Shown here piece after piece: positions 1 through 12,803 of a stretch of DNA of 64,000 bases. Numbering within the stretch: the first letter of the stretch is position 1; each line of letters opens with the position of its first letter. Source of the DNA: an uncultured Microthrixaceae bacterium (GTDB lineage Bacteria > Actinomycetota > Acidimicrobiia > Acidimicrobiales > Acidimicrobilacustridaceae); the NCBI GenBank assembly GCA_963788835.1, contig CAWBIF010000004.1, positions 476,581 to 540,580 on the forward strand, given 5' to 3'. Under the pieces are notes generated by a model. It saw only the letters and a program-made list of their open reading frames with translations. It ran no database searches and was not told the DNA's origin. The translations under genes were made by a program, and so were the position numbers.

Positions 1-459
1 TCGCCGCGGCGAGGTCATCAGCGGGTGCAGCACCGAGAACTGGACGAAGCCGCCCGGCTGCAACACCCGCGCCACGTCTGCCAGGACGAGCTCGGGCTCG
101 GCCACATCCATCAAGCTCATGAAGGCGGTCACCGCGCCGAAGCATCCGTCGACGAAGGGCAGCCGCGCACCGTCGCCCACCACGAAGCGGATGGAGCCGG
201 CATCCTCGGCGGCTGCCCGGATGAACGTCTCGGAGATGTCGAGCGCCGCCACCCGCGCTCCGCGACCGGCGAGCAGGCGCGTGTTGTATCCCTCGCCGCA
301 CCCCACGTCGAGGCAGTGAAGGCCTTCGACATCCGGCAGCAGGTCGAAGAAGGCAGGCGAGTTGACGAGGTCGCGGAACACGTCGTACCCAGCCCGGGTG
401 AGGGCGGTCCACGCCGGCGCGTTGGCCTCCCACAGCGACCTGGTGTCCGGACTGGTCAT
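1..459 (-). CDS. Class I SAM-dependent methyltransferase (3' end runs off the window)
   Basis: The minus-strand frame is open from ATG 459-457 to position 1. Translation MTSPDTRSLWEANAPAWTALTRAGYDVF...HCLDVGCGEGYNTRLLAGRGARVAALDISE...VLQPGGFVQFSVLHP carries the DxGCGxG SAM-binding motif. It is missing from the ORF track only because no stop lies inside the window. Confidence 0.75.
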   Translation of the reverse strand, partial: MTSPDTRSLWEANAPAWTALTRAGYDVFRDLVNSPAFFDLLPDVEGLHCLDVGCGEGYNTRLLAGRGARVAALDISETFIRAAAEDAGSIRFVVGDGARLPFVDGCFGAVTAFMSLMDVAEPELVLADVARVLQPGGFVQFSVLHPLMTSPRR

Positions 460-510
460 CCGGTCATGCTGGCACGACGCCACGCCCGGCGAGTGACCAC
501 CGGCTCCTGA

Positions 511-1402
511 CTACCGCGGGGCGGAGGGCCAGTCGGCGAAGTCGAGACCGGTGAGGCGCTCGTAGGCCTCGACGTAGCGGTCGCGGGTGGCCACGACCAC
601 CTCGGCCGGCAGCGGCGGGGGTGGGGGCTGCTTGTTCCAGTCGAGGCCGTCGAGGTAGTCACGCACGGGCTGCTTGTCGAACGACGGCGGGGTCGAGCCC
701 GGGACCACCTGGTCGGCCGGCCAGAAGCGCGACGAGTCGGGCGTCAGCACCTCGTCGGCCACCACCAGCTCGCCGTCGACCAGGCCCAGCTCGAACTTGG
801 TGTCGGCGATGACGATGCCGCGCTCGAGCGCCCACGCCGCGCCTCGGCGGTACAGCTCGGTGCACACCTCGCGGGCCTGGGTGGCGATGTCGGTGCCCAC
901 CAGCTCGACCGCGCGCTCGAACGAGATGTTCTCGTCGTGGCCCTCGGCCGCCTTCGTCGACGGTGTGAACACGGGCTCGGGCAGCGCGGAGGACTCGAGC
1001 AGCCCCTCGGGCAGCGTCGTGCCGTGCATCGTGCCCTGGGTGCGGTACTCCTTCCACGCCGAGCCGGTGATGTAGCCCCGCACGATGCACTCGAGCGGCA
1101 GCATCTCGGCCGCGCCGACACAACATGACCCGTCCCGCCAGCTCGGGCTTCTGGGCGCCGGCGGGCAGGTCGTCGAGGTCGGTGGAGATGAGGTGGCTGG
1201 CCACGACGTCGGCGAGTTGGCTGAACCAGAACGCGGACATGGCGGTCAGCACGCGACCCTTGTCGTCGATGGGCTCGGCCATGACCACGTCGAAGGCGGA
1301 GATCCGATCGGACGTGACGAGCAGGAGCCGTCCGTCACCGGCGTCGTAGATGTCACGGACCTTCCCCGAGTACAGGTGGGGCAGGTCGATGTCGGTGGTC
1401 AC
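511..1402 (-). CDS. purC: SAICAR synthetase PurC, reading frame broken once at ~1108-1111
   Basis: GTG at 1402 is preceded by AGGAG. The N-terminal part [38 protein letters not shown]... is in one frame and the C-terminal part [20 protein letters not shown]...[25 protein letters not shown]... (ORF 511..1104) is in another. They join as ...[21 protein letters not shown]. Span length is 892 nt (1 mod 3), which fits one inserted base. Confidence 0.9.
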
Positions 1403-1415
1403 GGCAGGCTCCTGT

Positions 1416-2843
1416 TCAGAGGATGGGTGCGGGATGGTACGAGGCCGCTTCGGGATGGGCGGTGACCACGGGTTCGACGGCCGCGACGAACGCGGCGACC
1501 TGGTGTGGAGCGGCCCCGACGAAGTCGATCGGCTCGGCCAGCAGCCCACCGAGCGCATCGGCGTCGAGCCCGAGACGGGGGTCGCCGGCCAGGCGCTCGA
1601 CCAGGTCGTTGCCGGCGGCGCCCTGCTCGCGTTGGGCCAGCGCCACCGCCACCGAGTGCTCCTTGATGGCCTCGTGCGCCGCCTCGCGGCCCACGCCGGC
1701 GCGCACGGCCGCCATGAGGACCTTGGTCGAGGCCAGGAAGGGCAGGTACCGGTCGAGCTCGCGGCTGATCACCGCCGGGTAGGCACCGAAGTCGGCCAGC
1801 ACGGCCAGGAACGTCTCGAAGAGCCCGTCGGTGGCCAGGAACGCGTCGGGCAGCGCCACGCGGCGCACGACCGAGCAGCTCACGTCACCCTCGTTCCACT
1901 GGTCGCCGGCCAGGCCGGCCACCATCGTGAGGTAGCCGCGCAGGACGACCTCGAGGCCGTTGATGCGCTCGCACGAGCGAGTGTTCATCTTGTGGGGCAT
2001 GGCCGACGAGCCCACCTGGCCCGGAGCGAAGCCCTCGGTGGCCAGCTCGTGGCCGGCCATGAGCCGGATGGTCAGCGCCAGGCTCGACGGGCCGGCGGCC
2101 GCCTGCACGAGCGCGCTCACCACGTCGAGGTCGAGCGATCGCGGGTACACCTGGCCGACGTTGGTGAGCACGTGGTCGAAGCCGAGGTGCCGGGCCACCG
2201 CCCGCTCGAGCTCGTCGAGGCGTTCGAGGTCGCCGTCGAGCAGGTCGAGCTGGTCCTGTTGGGTGCCGACCGGACCCTTGAGTCCCCGCAGCGGGTACCG
2301 CTCGATCAGCTCGTCGATGCGGCGATAGGCGATGAGCACCTCCTCGCCGGCGTTGGCGAACCGCTTGCCGAGGGTCGTGGCCTGAGCCGCCACGTTGTGG
2401 CTGCGCCCGGTGATGACGAGCTCGGCGTGCTCGGCCGCCAGCCCGGCCAGTCGGGCCAGGGCGGTGACCATCCGATCGCGGATCAACTGCAACGACGAAC
2501 GGATCTGCAGCTGCTCGACGTTCTCGGTGAGGTCGCGCGAGGTCATCCCCTTGTGGGCGTGCTCGTAGCCGGCCAGCGCCGAGAACTCTTCGACGCGGGC
2601 CTTGACGTCGTGGCGCGTGACGCGCTCGCGGGCGTCGATCGAATCGAGATCGACGATGTCGACCGCCTTCTCGTACGCGTCGATGGCCTCGGCCGGCACG
2701 TCGACACCCAGCTCGCGCTGGGCCCGCAGCACCGCGATCCACAGACGCCGCTCGAGCACGATCTTGGTCTCGGGCGTCCAGCGGTCGACCATCTCGCGGC
2801 TGGCGTAGCGAGCGGCGAGCACGTTGGGCAGACCGGATGTCAC
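1416..2843 (-). CDS. purB: Adenylosuccinate lyase PurB
   Basis: Intact 475-aa ORF with typical PurB blocks ([40 protein letters not shown]). The stop lies 11 nt upstream of the purC start. Confidence 0.95.
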   Translation of the reverse strand: MTSGLPNVLAARYASREMVDRWTPETKIVLERRLWIAVLRAQRELGVDVPAEAIDAYEKAVDIVDLDSIDARERVTRHDVKARVEEFSALAGYEHAHKGMTSRDLTENVEQLQIRSSLQLIRDRMVTALARLAGLAAEHAELVITGRSHNVAAQATTLGKRFANAGEEVLIAYRRIDELIERYPLRGLKGPVGTQQDQLDLLDGDLERLDELERAVARHLGFDHVLTNVGQVYPRSLDLDVVSALVQAAAGPSSLALTIRLMAGHELATEGFAPGQVGSSAMPHKMNTRSCERINGLEVVLRGYLTMVAGLAGDQWNEGDVSCSVVRRVALPDAFLATDGLFETFLAVLADFGAYPAVISRELDRYLPFLASTKVLMAAVRAGVGREAAHEAIKEHSVAVALAQREQGAAGNDLVERLAGDPRLGLDADALGGLLAEPIDFVGAAPHQVAAFVAAVEPVVTAHPEAASYHPAPIL

Positions 2844-3028
2844 CCGACGATCCTATTCGGCCGCGGGCATAGGTCCATGAGCCCAACTCGTGGGCCGGAC
2901 GCCTCAAATAGGCCGGTCAGCGGCCCAGATCCGTAAAGGAGCGCGGACATCCCGCCGAAGGATCACCCGACACACCATCCGGAACGAACCCGCCGCCAGC
3001 CGGGCACGACCAATGCGAGGGATCCAGC

Positions 3029-3409
3029 ATGGAAGAACGTTGCGCCAGGCATCAGTTCGAAGCGGCGGAGGACGTCTGCCGCACCTGCGGTCACGACTTC
3101 TGCGGCGAGTGCCTCGTGTACGCGTTCGGCGCGGGCAAGCCCCCCTACTGCCTGTCGTGCGCCCTGGCCGCCTCGGGCGTCCGGTCGACCTCGACGGTGC
3201 GACCGGTCCGCACGAAGCGCGAGATCAAGGATCGCCACAAGCAGTGGTGCCGGGCCCGCAACTCCGGCCACCGCGAAGCCACCCGGGTCGAGATCTCGCC
3301 GTTCGACGAGTTCGTCCCCGCCGCCCCCGTTGCCGTGGCCACCGAGGAGAACCCCCTCGCCTGGCTGGACGACCACCTCGGCGGCACCGGCGAGCGCGTT
3401 CCGTTCTAG
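3029..3409 (+). CDS. Hypothetical small Cys-rich (zinc-ribbon-like) protein
   Basis: 126-aa ORF with GAGGGA 6 nt upstream of the ATG. The N-terminus has CxxC-type pairs (CRTCGHDFCGECLVYAFGAGKPPYCLSC). No family recognised. Confidence 0.5.
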   Translation: MEERCARHQFEAAEDVCRTCGHDFCGECLVYAFGAGKPPYCLSCALAASGVRSTSTVRPVRTKREIKDRHKQWCRARNSGHREATRVEISPFDEFVPAAPVAVATEENPLAWLDDHLGGTGERVPF

Positions 3410-3581
3410 CTGGCCCGGCGATGATCCGCCGGGCTGCCTTCGGCATCCTCGAACACCGCGCCAGCTGCTGCGCTCCGCTCCGCAGCGAACCGCCCGCTCT
3501 CTGGCCCGGCGATGATCCGCCGGGCTGCCTTCGGCATCCTCGAACACCACGCGAGCTGCTCCGCTCCGCTCCGCAGCGACG
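3410..3581. repeat. Two tandem copies of a 91-bp intergenic unit
   Basis: CTGGCCCGGCGATGATCCGCCGGGCTGCCTTCGGCATCCTCGAACACC... starts at 3410 and again at 3501. The first 48 nt are identical and the remainder has a few substitutions. It lies between convergent genes (3029..3409 plus strand, purE minus strand). Confidence 0.85.
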
Positions 3582-3584
3582 GGT

Positions 3585-4030
3585 CTAGCCCGCGGCGCGG
3601 CGGGCGCGGTCCTCGAGCAGCTTGGCGGCCAGGGCCTCGTCGCTGATGGCCAGCATCTCGACCACCAGCAGCGCGGCGTTGAGCGATCCGTCGATGGCCA
3701 CGGTGGCCACCGGGATGCCCTTCGGCATCTGCACGGTCGCGTAGAGCGCGTCGACCCCGTTGAGCGCGCCGCCGGACAGCGGCACGCCCACCACCGGCAG
3801 CGTGGTGTGGGCCGCGACCACGCCGGCCAGGTGCGCCGCCATGCCGGCGCCGCAGATGAAGGCGACGTAGCCCGACTCGCGGGCCGAGCTCACGAGTGCC
3901 ACCACCTCGGCCGGATTGCGGTGCGCGGACAGCACCCGCACATCCGCCTCGATGCCGAACGACTCGAGGACCTCGGATGCGGGGCGCATCTTGTCCCCGT
4001 CGTTGGCCGATCCCATCAGGACACCAACCT

Positions 4031-4034
<4 letters not shown>
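3585..4034 (-). CDS. purE: N5-carboxyaminoimidazole ribonucleotide mutase PurE
   Basis: GTG at 4034 with AGGAG upstream. Translation [16 protein letters not shown]...[23 protein letters not shown]...[14 protein letters not shown]. The long upstream extension of ORF 3585..5000 is out-of-frame overlap with purD. Confidence 0.9.
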
Positions 4035-6549
<2,515 letters not shown>

Positions 6550-6711
6550 TCATGCTCCTTCGGTGGCGTCGTCTTGCGGCGCGAGCCTAGTCGTCTGGCC
6601 GAGTCGCCTCGCCAGGTGGCCCCCGACGCGGAGGTGGGCCGGTCCGGAGACCGACCCACCCCCTCCCCATCAGTCATCGACCAAGGTCGATGCTCCCTCG
6701 CTTGAAGTGTT

Positions 6712-6756
6712 GACTAGTCGTCGACCTTCTCTATGGGTCGACTAGTCGTCGACCTT
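6712..6756 (-). terminator. Hairpin made from a duplicated 17-nt gene end (candidate terminator, no U-tract)
   Basis: GACTAGTCGTCGACCTT occurs at 6712-6728 and at 6740-6756. GTCGACC(6722-6728)/GGTCGAC(6737-6743) can pair across an 8-nt loop. The second copy contains the last codons and the stop of the surface protein. Confidence 0.3.
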
Positions 6757-9700
6757 TGCCGCGGCCACGAAGCAACCCCCGCCGAGCAGGAGCATGAAAC
6801 CGATCACCAGCAGGTAGATGGTGTCCGGTGCTCCGGTGCGGGGCAGGGTGGCGGCCTGAACGGTGGTCGGAGGCGTGGCGACCTCGCCGAGGACCTGCGC
6901 GAGCGGGTTCTTCAGCGTGACCGACACGTTGTTCTGGTCGCTGTTGGCGGCGATGGTGACCGTGTCGGACGGCGACCACACCGGCGTGCCCCACGTGAAG
7001 CCCGACCCGGCCGTGGCGGGCTTGGCCGTCTCGGAGAGCGTGCAGGTGGTGCCGATGGGCAGGCCGGTGACGCTCTTCGACTCGCCGTTGGTGATCACGA
7101 GATCACCGGACGAGCTGTCCGAGCAGGTGTAGTGGACCGTGAAGGTCGACCCGGCGACGTAGCCGGCGGTGGCCCCGGTGACCTGCTTGGTGACGGTGAA
7201 GCCACCCAGCACCCGCACCAGCGGGTTGGTCAGGTTGACACCGACCGTGTTCTCCGAGTCGTTGGTGGAGATGACCACCGTGCTCGACGGATCCCACGTC
7301 TCGGGACCCCAGGCGTAGCTGGCGTCCTTGGTGGCGGGCTTGGCGGTCTCCGACAGCGAGCACGAGGTGCCGATGGGCAGGCTGTCGACGCCGACGGTGG
7401 CCCCGTCGATCAGGGTCAGCGTGCCGTCGGTGCCGTCGGTGCACGAGTAGGCCACCGTGAAGGTCGACCCGGCGACGTAGCCGGCGGTCTCGCCGGTGAC
7501 GTGCTTGGTGACCGTGAAGCCACCCAGCACCCGCACCAGCGGGTTGGTCAGATCGACCCCGACGGTGTTGTTCGAGTCGTTCACCACGATGGTGAGCGAG
7601 CTCGACGGATCCCACGTCTCGGTGCCCCAGGCGTAGCTGGCGTCCTTGGTGGCGGGCTTGCCCGTCTCGGCCAGCGTGCAGGTGGTGCCGATGGGCAGGT
7701 TGTTGACCCCTGCTGTCGAGCCGTCGATCAACGACAGCGTGCCCGTCGAGCCGTCCGAGCAGCTGAACGACACGGTGAACTGCGAGCCGGCGACGTAGCC
7801 GGCGGTCTCGCCGGTGACGTGCTTGGTGACCGTGAAGCCACCCAACACCCGCACCAGCGGGTTGGTCAGGCTGACCGCCACCGTGTTGCCCGAGTCGTTC
7901 ACCACGATGGTGAGCGAGCTCGACGGATCCCACGTCTCGGTGCCCCAGGCGTAGCTGGCGTCCTTGGTGGCGGGCTTGCCCGTCTCGGCCAACGTGCAGG
8001 TGGTGCCGATGGGCAGAGCGCTGACGCCCTTGGTGGCCCCCGCGGTCAGCGACAGCGTGCCGGTCGAACCGTCGCTGCACGAGTACGAGACCGTGAAGCT
8101 CGAGCCGGCGACGTAGCCGTCGGTCTCGCCGGTGACGTGCTTGGTGACCGTGAAGCCACCGAGCACCCGCACCAGCGGGTTGGTCAGGCTGACCGCCACC
8201 GTGTTGCCCGAGTCGTTCACCACGATGGTGAGCGAGCTCGACGGATCCCACGTCTCGGTGCCCCAGGCGTAGCTGGCGTCCTTGGTGGCGGGCTTGCCCG
8301 TCTCGGCCAACGTGCAGGTGGTGCCGATCGGCAGGCCGTTGACGCCCGCGGTCGACCCGGCGGTCAGCGACAGCGTGCCCGTCGTGCCGTCCGAGCAGGT
8401 GAACGACACGGTGAAGTGCGAGCCGGCGACGTAGCCGTCGGTCTCACCCGTGACGTGCTTGGTGACCGTGAAGCCACCGAGCACCCGCACCAGCGGGTTG
8501 GTCAGGACCACGGCGACCACGTTGTTGGACGCGTTGGCCACGATGGTGAGCGAGCTGGACGGATCCCACGTCTCGGTGCCCCAGGCGTAGCTGGCGTCCT
8601 TGGTGGCGGGCTTGCCCGTCTCGGCCAGCGTGCAGGTGGTGAGCAGCGGCAGGCCGGTCACGGCCTTGGTGTCACCGTCGGCCAGGGTCAACGTGCCGTT
8701 GGCTCCGTTCGAGCACGAGTACGACACCGTGAACGTCGAGTCGCCGACGTAGCCGCCGGTCTCGCCGGTGACGTGCTTGGTGACCGTGAAGCCACCCTCG
8801 ACCCGGGCGATCGGGTTGGTCAGGGTGACCCCCACCGTGTTGCCCGAGTCGTTGGTGACGATCGTCACCACGTTGGAGGGGCTCCACGATTCGGGGCTGA
8901 AGACGTAGCTGGCGTCCTTGGTGGCGGGCTTGCCCGTCTCGGACAGCGTGCAGACCGTGCCGATCGGCAGGTTGCTGACGCCGGCGGTCCCACCGTCGAC
9001 GAGCAGCAGCGAACCGGACGAGCCGTCCGTGCAGGTGAACGACACCGTGAACTGCGAACCCGGGACGTAGCCGCCCGTCTCGCCGGTGACGTGCTTGGTG
9101 ACCGTGAAGCCACCGACCACCCGCACCAGCGGGTTGGTCAGCGACACGCCCACCGTGTTGTTCGAGTCGTTCACCACGATGGTGAGCGAGCTCGACGGCG
9201 ACCAGGTCTCGGTGCCCCAGGCGTAGCTGGCGTCCTTGGTGGCGGGCTTGCCCGTCTCGGACAGCGTGCAGGTGGTGCCGATCGGCAGGTTGTTGACCCC
9301 CGCCGTGGCGCCGTCGATCAGCGACAGCGTGCCGTCGGTGCCGTCCGAGCAGGTGTAGGTGACCGTGAACTGCGAGCCGGCCACATAGCCACCGGTCTGG
9401 CCGGTCACGTGCTTGGTGACCGTGAAGCCACCCAGCACCCGCACCAGCGGGTTGGTCAGCGACACGCCCACCGTGTTGTTCGAGTCGTTCACCACGATCG
9501 TGAGCGAGCTCGACGGCGACCAGGTCTCGGTGCCCCAGGCGTAGCTGGCGTCCTTGGTGGCGGGCTTGCCCGTCTCGGACAGCGTGCAGGTCGTGCCGAT
9601 GGGCAGGTTGTTGACCCCCGCGGTGGCGCCGTCGATCAGCGACAGCGTGCCGTCGGTGCCGTCCGAGCAGGTGTAGGTGACCGTGAACTGCGAGCCGGCC

Positions 9701-11125
9701 ACATAGCCCCCGGTCTGGCCGGTCACGTGCTTGGTGACCGTGAAGCCACCCAGCACCCGCACCAGCGGGTTGGTCAGGGTGACGCCCACGGTGTTGCCGG
9801 AGGTGTTGACGACGATGGTGAGCGAGCTCGACGGCGACCAGGTCTCGGTGCCCCAGGCGTAGCTGGCGTCCTTGGTGGCGGGCTTGCCCGTCTCGGACAG
9901 CGTGCAGGTGGTGCCGATCGGGAGGTTGCCCACCCCGGCGGTGTCGCCGTCCTTGAGGCTCAGGGTGCCGTCGGTGCCGTCCGAGCAGGTGTAGGTGACC
10001 GTGAACGTGCGAGCCGGCCACATAGCCCCCGGTCTGGCCGGTGACGTGCTTGGTGACCGTGAAGCCGCCGAGCACGCGGGTGATCGGGTTGTCGAGGGTG
10101 ACCGCCACGGTGTTGGCCGAGTTGTTGGCCACGATCGTGAGGGTGTTCGACGGGATCCAGGTCTCGGTGCCGTAGACGTAGCTGGCGTCCTTGGTCGGGG
10201 GCTTGGCGCCCTCGCTGAGGGTGCAGGTGGTGCCGATGGGCAGCGAGCTGACGCCCTTGGTGGCGCCGTCGACCAGGCTGAGGTCGCCGGAGGCTCCGTT
10301 CGAGCACGAGTAGGCGACGTCGAAGGTCGAGCCGGGGACGTACCCGGCGGTCTGGCCGGTCACGTGCTTGGTGACGGTGAAGCCCCCGAAGTCCGGGAAG
10401 GTGTTGACGACCGAGATGACGGCGGTCTTCGCGTCGGGCGACACCACCACGGTGCTCGGGGTGATGGTGACCGAGTCACCCGCAGGAGGCGACACCTCGC
10501 TGAGCGTGTAGGTGCCGAAGGGCAGGTGGCTGACCGAGACGGTCTGGCCGGCCTGCACCACCACGGTGCCCGACACGCCGTGGCCGTTGTTGTAGGCGAT
10601 CGTGTAATTGGTGCCGGGCGGGGGAGCGCTCTGGCCCACGACCGTCTTGGTGATCTTGAGCGTGCCGAAGCAGTCGCCGGTCAACTGCACGTTGGCCGAC
10701 GGCGGGTTCGTCTGCATGAAGTTGTCGGTCCAGGTCCCGGCCACGTCGAGCGTCACGTCGGGCGTGTTGCCCGGGATGCCCGTCGTGGTGAACTGGATCG
10801 CCTTGTTGGCCGGCACCACCGTGCCGCTCCCGTTGTAGGGCGTGCCGCCGTGGTAGTTGGCGTCCGCGGTGAGGTTGGTCGTCCCCACGTTGGGCGAGAC
10901 CGAGAAGGAGTGCACGATGCTGTCGAGGCTGTAGTCGTTGGTCAACGTCCACGTGATCGTGAAGGTCCCGTCCTCCTGGCAGCTGGCCACCCCGCCGAGC
11001 GACAGGCTGTGCGCCGACGCGCTCTGGGCGAAGCCCACCAGACCGGCCAGCATGGCGAGCACGAGGCTCGCGGACGCGGCGATCCGGAAATGCAACTTCA
11101 GACGGGGTGCGTGCTTCCTGGCCAA
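6742..11125 (-). CDS. LPXTG-anchored cell-surface protein (~1460 aa) with 11 tandem ~106-aa repeats; single frame break at ~10007
   Basis: TTG at 11125 with GAGGGAGA upstream. Signal peptide MARKHAPRLKLHFRIAASASLVLAMLAGLVGFAQSASA. N-terminal unique region, then 11 repeats (GGFTVTKHVTGxTxGYVAGSxFTVxYxCSDG...LPIGTTCTLSETGKPATKDASYAWGTETW...). C-terminal LPRTG (6846-6832), hydrophobic span and a KVDD tail. The two listed ORFs (8672..11125 and 6742..10023) join at 10007. Length is 4384 nt (1 mod 3). Confidence 0.85.
6904..10387. repeat. Coding tandem repeat array, 11 units of 318 bp
   Basis: Period measured directly: CCGCACCAGCGG at 9121 and at 9439. The units resemble DUF5979/SpaA-like prealbumin-fold domains; this family name is from memory and needs an HMM check. 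Confidence 0.85.
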
Positions 11126-11290
11126 CGTTGTCTCCCTCGGTGGCGGCGCAAACGCACGGCCATCGCCCCCACCACGAGAGATCGGCCCACGTCGTTTGAC
11201 GCCTGAGGGGCCGGGTTCGCTCTAGCTCCCCGCAGACCAAGCGACCAGTGACGCCTGCGGATCAACGCTTCCCCATACTGATGTTTCGCC

Positions 11291-12803
11291 CTACATGTTC
11301 GCCCTACACAGCCTGTCGTCGGTGGGGAGGACAGGCCGTCGCCGGACTCTATGACACTCTCCGTGACGAGCGCAACTGGAAGAGCGACGTTGGGTGGTCA
11401 GGTGGGCGTCGCCGCGGACCCCGCGCAGGCGTCGCGCCACCGCCACGATCACCATCGCCGCCGGGATCGGGATGAGCACGTTGATGGGCACGTGGAAGCG
11501 CGGATCGCCGAAGAAGGGCCACACCGAGATGACCACGGCGACGATCGACAGCAGCAGGAGCAGACGACGCCGGTCACCCCCGCGGACCAGCAGCGGGACC
11601 CCGAGGACGCGCGAGGACGAGGACCGTGTCGAAGTACTTGTCGGCGATGTTGCCGAGCGTCGTCGCGGTGTCGGCGGGGATGAAGGGATCGTCGCCGTAG
11701 GACTGCACCGCCGCGACGGCGTCGTGGTCGCCGGCGAACTCCCACCGCGTGCGGGCGACGCACCAGCTCGAGCTCTCGCACAGGGTGGTTGGCCGCCCAC
11801 TGCAGGGCCTGGTGGGTGAGGCGCGAGTTGCGGTCGGTCTCGAAGGCCGGGCGGCGTTCGATCTTGTTCTCCCCGAAGCAGCGCTTGGGGAAGGCGAAGT
11901 GTCCCTGGGCGCCCGGGTAGTTGCCGATGCACAGGTTGTCGCCGGTGGTGGTGCCGATGGGCAGGAAGGCGTGCATCACGACCTCGTTGCGGATCGTCCA
12001 GGGGACCATGAGGACGACCACGGCGCCCGCCACCACCGCGAACCGCTTCAGCGCCAGCGCCATGCCGCCGACCCGCCACATCGCGATCAGCACCATGGGC
12101 ACGATCAGCAGGGCGATGGGCCGGATCTGGATCGAGACGCCGAGCAGCAGGCCGAACGCGACCAACCGTCCCCACGAGGGATCGCGCGCGTTCCAGGGGT
12201 GCCAGCAGCCGACCAGCAGGGTCAGCAGGAGGAAGAAGTTGAACGTGGTCTCGGTGAGGATCGTCGCCGAGTGGAAGATCAGGCTGGGGAACAGCGCCAC
12301 GATGACCGCGGTCACGGCCCCCACCCAGGGGCCGACCAGCCGGCGACCGAGCACCCCGGCCAGGGCGATCGAGGCGGTGCTGAAGATCAGGTTCAGGGCG
12401 CCGGTGGCCGCGATCCAGTGGTTGGGGAACGGCGAGTGCTGCATGAACCAGAACCAGGCGCTCAGGATGACCGGGTACCCGATCGGGTAGTAGGCGGTCG
12501 GCTCGCCGTCCTTCAGGCGGTAGAAGCCGTCGCCGGTGACCGCTCGGCGCGAGTAGTAGAGGTAGAAGAACGGGTCGTGCAGCTTCAGCGGCGGCCGCAG
12601 CGGCGTAGACGATCCACCAGCACCGCAGCGCCGCACCCCACGAGCACCGCCAGCAGCAGGATGCGGCGGGGCCAGCTGCCCCAGAGGACCTCGGCCAGGC
12701 GCGCCGGTCTCGTGGGGTGGACCACGGGGGCCGTCTCGGTGGTCGTCACCGCGCCGTGGCCGGAGCCGGGTCCGGGGCCTCCGGTCGGGCCGGACAGGAT
12801 CAC
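11291..12803 (-). CDS. GT39/ArnT-PMT_2-like polytopic glycosyltransferase, several frame breaks, 3' end uncertain
   Basis: Pieces lie in three minus-strand frames. (1) MILSGPTGG...WPRRILLLAVLVGCGAAVLV from GTG 12803. (2) ...PLKLHDPFFYLYYSRRAVTGDGFYRLKDGEPTAYYPIGYPVILSAWFWF...IRPIALLIVPMVLIAMW...NLCIGNYPGAQGHFAFPKRCF in ORF 11449..12636. (3) ...LLLLLSIVAVVISVWPFFGDPRFHVPINVLIPIPAAMVIVAVARRL in ORF 11291..12175. Confidence 0.6.

Noticed and set aside
1350-2936. 528-aa plus-strand ORF
   Set aside because: It is antisense to an intact, clearly recognisable purB. This is the usual high-GC shadow ORF.
6733-10044. 1103-aa plus-strand ORF
   Set aside because: It is antisense to the surface-protein repeats. 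The translation is Arg/Gly/Asp-rich low complexity that simply mirrors the repeat period. It has no RBS, and the opposite strand has a signal peptide, domain repeats and an LPXTG signal.
6904-10387. Regular periodic repeats that might suggest a CRISPR array
   Set aside because: The period is 318 bp with no unique spacers. The units are in-frame protein domains of one gene, and no cas genes are present.
11281-11308. Mini tandem repeat TGTT(T)CGCCCTACA x2
   Set aside because: It has only two short copies, lies at the uncertain 3' end of the GT39-like gene, and has no structural or positional significance that I can support.
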